From contig CAXXIN010000019.1 of NCBI GenBank assembly GCA_963665275.2, positions 128,001 through 192,000 of the forward strand: DNA of 64,000 bases, read 5' to 3'. Each line of letters begins with the position of its first letter. The stretch's first letter is position 1. Made by a program: the position numbers and the translations under genes. The notes beneath the pieces are model-generated. The model worked only from the letters and a program-made list of their open reading frames with translations, was not told the DNA's origin and searched no databases. Below, one piece after another: positions 61,611 to 64,000 of the stretch. This stretch comes from Negativicutes bacterium (GTDB lineage Bacteria > Bacillota > Negativicutes > UBA1444).

Positions 61611-62368
61611 CTTCCGCTGCGAACTTTCAGTGCAGCCAGCCCCAGATACTCTTTCAGCGCGATACTGGTTCCCCGCAACGCTGACCCTGATGGCACCCAG
61701 CTGGTGGCATTCCAGTAGGAACCCCGTGGCACATAATATCCCACTGGATACGGCGTCGCCACTACCCCGGCCTGTTTGAACTCCTCCACCGAACGCGCCA
61801 TATGAAAGGCGGATGTCACCAGCACCGGCCGGGACAGGCCGCGTGCTTTGAGTATCTCGGCGGAAAAAATCGCATTCTCGGTCGTATTCAGGCTGCGGTC
61901 TTCCAATAAAACCTTGTCGGGCGCCATCCCGAGGCTGACCAGGATGTCCCGCATCACGACCGCTTCCCGGCCATCGCCACGGAACACCTCTCCGCCCGAA
62001 GTCACAACCGGCCAACCCGTCCGGCGGTGCAGCACATAGGCGCCAATGATCCGCTGCGCCGGCACATCACCCACCTGTCCTACCCAACCCTCCGGCATCG
62101 GCACGTCCGCCATACTGCCGCCGCCCAGGAGAATGATCGAGTCCCCCTCCACCTGTAGCGGCAAAGGATGTCGATATTCCAGCGGTCGCAGCAGCGCTTC
62201 GGAAACCGGCTGAATCGACGCCGCATACATCAGAGCGGCAATCACACAGGTCATTCCCGCCAGACCCCACGACTTCCGCCGCAGCCGCCACGCCAGCCAC
62301 ACCAGCGCCACAACGAAGCAGGCCGGAGGGAGAACCCAGGAGTAGAGAAATTTTATCGCATAGATCAT
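61604..62368 (-). CDS. YdcF/ElyC (DUF218) family protein
   Basis: ILLGGG, SGG, EDRSLNTTENA, VTSAFHMARS, KEYLG. Confidence 0.9.
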   Translation of the reverse strand: MIYAIKFLYSWVLPPACFVVALVWLAWRLRRKSWGLAGMTCVIAALMYAASIQPVSEALLRPLEYRHPLPLQVEGDSIILLGGGSMADVPMPEGWVGQVGDVPAQRIIGAYVLHRRTGWPVVTSGGEVFRGDGREAVVMRDILVSLGMAPDKVLLEDRSLNTTENAIFSAEILKARGLSRPVLVTSAFHMARSVEEFKQAGVVATPYPVGYYVPRGSYWNATSWVPSGSALRGTSIALKEYLGLAALKVRSGSR

Positions 62369-62394
62369 TTAGCTTCATCTCCATTATCTGTCAG

Positions 62395-62425
62395 AAATGT
62401 AAGAAATCGCGGTGCCTGTCACCGG
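62395..62425 (-). repeat. REP-like copy 8, 11 nt after the AbiEii stop
   Basis: Minus strand CCGGTGACAGGCACCGCGATTTCTTACATTT. Confidence 0.88.
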
Positions 62426-62434
62426 TCCACCGCA

Positions 62435-63304
62435 TCACTGGTCCACAATAATCCGACGCACGATATCATGGAAAAAATCCCGGGACCAAACGGTGAGACC
62501 GCCGGGGTCGCGAACGAAAACCTCGACCTCTTTGCGCGCTTGTTCCACATTCAGCGTGTCAATCGCATTCTCCAGCAAACCAAAGAAGCTTTCCTCCGTT
62601 AGAGGCCCTTCCCCCTGCCAATGACCGCTCTGACGCATCCGCTGCTCCAAATGCCCCAGGTGAAGATGCGGATGATGGGTCACATACCACACCAGATCGT
62701 ACCAATCACGACCTTTGACCCGGTCCTTCCACCTCCGGCACAACACCGCATGCATCTTGCCTGCGAATAGATCGGGCAACTCATAGATGCGCACCGGGAA
62801 TGCCACCGGTTGCAGCAGATAACGCACCTGCGTGGCAAACCCCGGAGGTGGGTCGGTATCCACCTCCAGTTTGATCTTGAGCACTTGTCCTCGCGGCACG
62901 CCAGACAACACGGATCCGCCGGCATCGATGACCAACATCTGCTGCAAAGTATCAGCTTTCAGAAAAGCAGACTGCACCGCTCGCTCCGTCCGGACCGCTC
63001 GTGCCTCAAACCGGACATCAAAACCGAACGCACCCAATTCGGCTCTGAGCGCATCTCCATAGCGAGCAAGCTCAAAGGTTGACGACGGCTTCAGCAACGA
63101 AAAATCCAGATCTTCCGAGAACCGGTCCAAGCCATACAATAAGCGCAGGGCCGTTCCACCGTAAAAGGCCGCTTTGTCAAAAAACTTGCTCCGCCACAGT
63201 CCAAGGAGTGCGATTTCCTGCAAAATTTCCCGCAGCGCACGCACCGAATCCTCCGACGTTTTTCGCTCGTACCGCGCCAGCATCCGCCCAACCGCATCAT
63301 TCAT
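62435..63304 (-). CDS. AbiEii/AbiGii-family nucleotidyltransferase toxin (type IV TA)
   Basis: AFYGGTALRLLYGLDRFSEDLDF, KLEVD, GKMHA, KGRDWYD. Confidence 0.92.
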   Translation of the reverse strand: MNDAVGRMLARYERKTSEDSVRALREILQEIALLGLWRSKFFDKAAFYGGTALRLLYGLDRFSEDLDFSLLKPSSTFELARYGDALRAELGAFGFDVRFEARAVRTERAVQSAFLKADTLQQMLVIDAGGSVLSGVPRGQVLKIKLEVDTDPPPGFATQVRYLLQPVAFPVRIYELPDLFAGKMHAVLCRRWKDRVKGRDWYDLVWYVTHHPHLHLGHLEQRMRQSGHWQGEGPLTEESFFGLLENAIDTLNVEQARKEVEVFVRDPGGLTVWSRDFFHDIVRRIIVDQ

Positions 63305-63968
63305 CTCGATCACCCGTTCTTTCGCGTTGCAGCTGCGCAACCCACAGCGCCAGCCCCAGCAGCTTCCGGGAACGATAGCCCTGGCCGACCGCTTCGATTC
63401 GATCCGCATCCAGAGTCGCCAGCACTTCGATATCGACGCGGAGCTGACCCACGATATATTCCTGCAGCTCAGCCGACGCGCCTCCGGTCGCACCCCGGTC
63501 CTGCTGAATTTTGTCACACAAGGCCTTTTCCGGCCCGGCCATCAGGAAAAATTGGTCCCTTCCGACTTCAAACTGGTCCATACCGAGCCGGAAAGCTCCC
63601 TGAGGAATTCCCCAATAAGTAAAAAGCCCGACCGGCGTCGAAAAACGGCGGCTCCTGCCACTCGTGACCGAAGTCACGGTCTCAGCCCGCTCCGGAATCA
63701 AGCCATGATAATGCAGGGCGTATTCCAGAGAAATATAGGACGGCCCGTAGATCAAATTGGCCAGCACTTCACGGGAGTAAGGACGCCGGCGATATTTTTC
63801 GCCAAAGATATATAACCCTTTTTTGACGCGGATGATATCTCCGTTGCGAAGCAAACCCGTGATCTTGTCCCGTGGTCGCGCATACTCTTTCAGACTGTCG
63901 AGGAGACTCTGATAATCGAACTCTTCGGCCTGTATCCGCCGCCGAATTTCTTCGCTCACACGCACCAC
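63297..63968 (-). CDS. AbiEi-like antitoxin / transcriptional regulator
   Basis: IIRVKKGLY, PSYISLEYAL.YHGLIPE, PEKALCD; overlaps the toxin start. Confidence 0.88.
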   Translation of the reverse strand: MVRVSEEIRRRIQAEEFDYQSLLDSLKEYARPRDKITGLLRNGDIIRVKKGLYIFGEKYRRRPYSREVLANLIYGPSYISLEYALHYHGLIPERAETVTSVTSGRSRRFSTPVGLFTYWGIPQGAFRLGMDQFEVGRDQFFLMAGPEKALCDKIQQDRGATGGASAELQEYIVGQLRVDIEVLATLDADRIEAVGQGYRSRKLLGLALWVAQLQRERTGDRDE

Positions 63969-64000
63969 CTCCTTGTCTCGGATAAAAACACATTTCCACA

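Noticed and set aside
53692-62425. Repeats as a CRISPR array
   Set aside because: Copies are 0.6-4 kb apart, separated by whole genes, and no cas genes are present.
53692-62425. Repeats as integron attC sites
   Set aside because: No tyrosine-recombinase IntI in the window, no RYYYAAC...GTTRRRY ends, and the hairpins are far too short; some enclosed blocks are housekeeping genes.
1-64000. tRNA, rRNA, prophage or DDE insertion sequences
   Set aside because: No recognisable signatures seen; the only mobility gene is the RAYT.

Overview
Bacterial chromosomal window, most consistent with a motile, diderm Firmicute (Negativicutes-like: a Bacillus/Clostridium-type comFC-yvyF-flgM...fliT-hpf-secA-prfB-ftsEX-ctp-minJ-uvrB-uvrA gene order together with an outer-membrane secretin and a GT9 LPS-type glycosyltransferase). 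Most genes are on the minus strand. It contains uvrA (partial)/uvrB, ftsEX-envC-ctp, csaB, prfB with its programmed +1 frameshift, a minimal SufC/SufB-like (SMS) pair, secA, hpf, a raiA-motif ncRNA, late flagellar genes with a Maf/nonulosonate flagellin-glycosylation island, comFC/recD2, sugar-nucleotide genes and an AbiE toxin-antitoxin pair. The most striking unexplained structure is a family of eight short hairpin repeats (core GGTGACAGGCACC) associated with a RAYT-type HUH transposase. Seven sit at gene 3' ends in the sense orientation, three supply the TGA stop codon (uvrB, manC, ydcF), one lies inside the RAYT's own last codons, and two 34-bp copies bracket a 1.5-kb RAYT + nucleotidyltransferase cassette between galU and galE. 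Other notable items: a LexA-type box over two small ORFs upstream of uvrA, a MalT-like regulator flanked by a shared operator-like motif, and a ~120-nt rod-like palindrome. Several frameshifts at ~22.9 kb and 27.3-29.6 kb look like sequencing errors. All calls are from motif recognition by eye; no searches were run.
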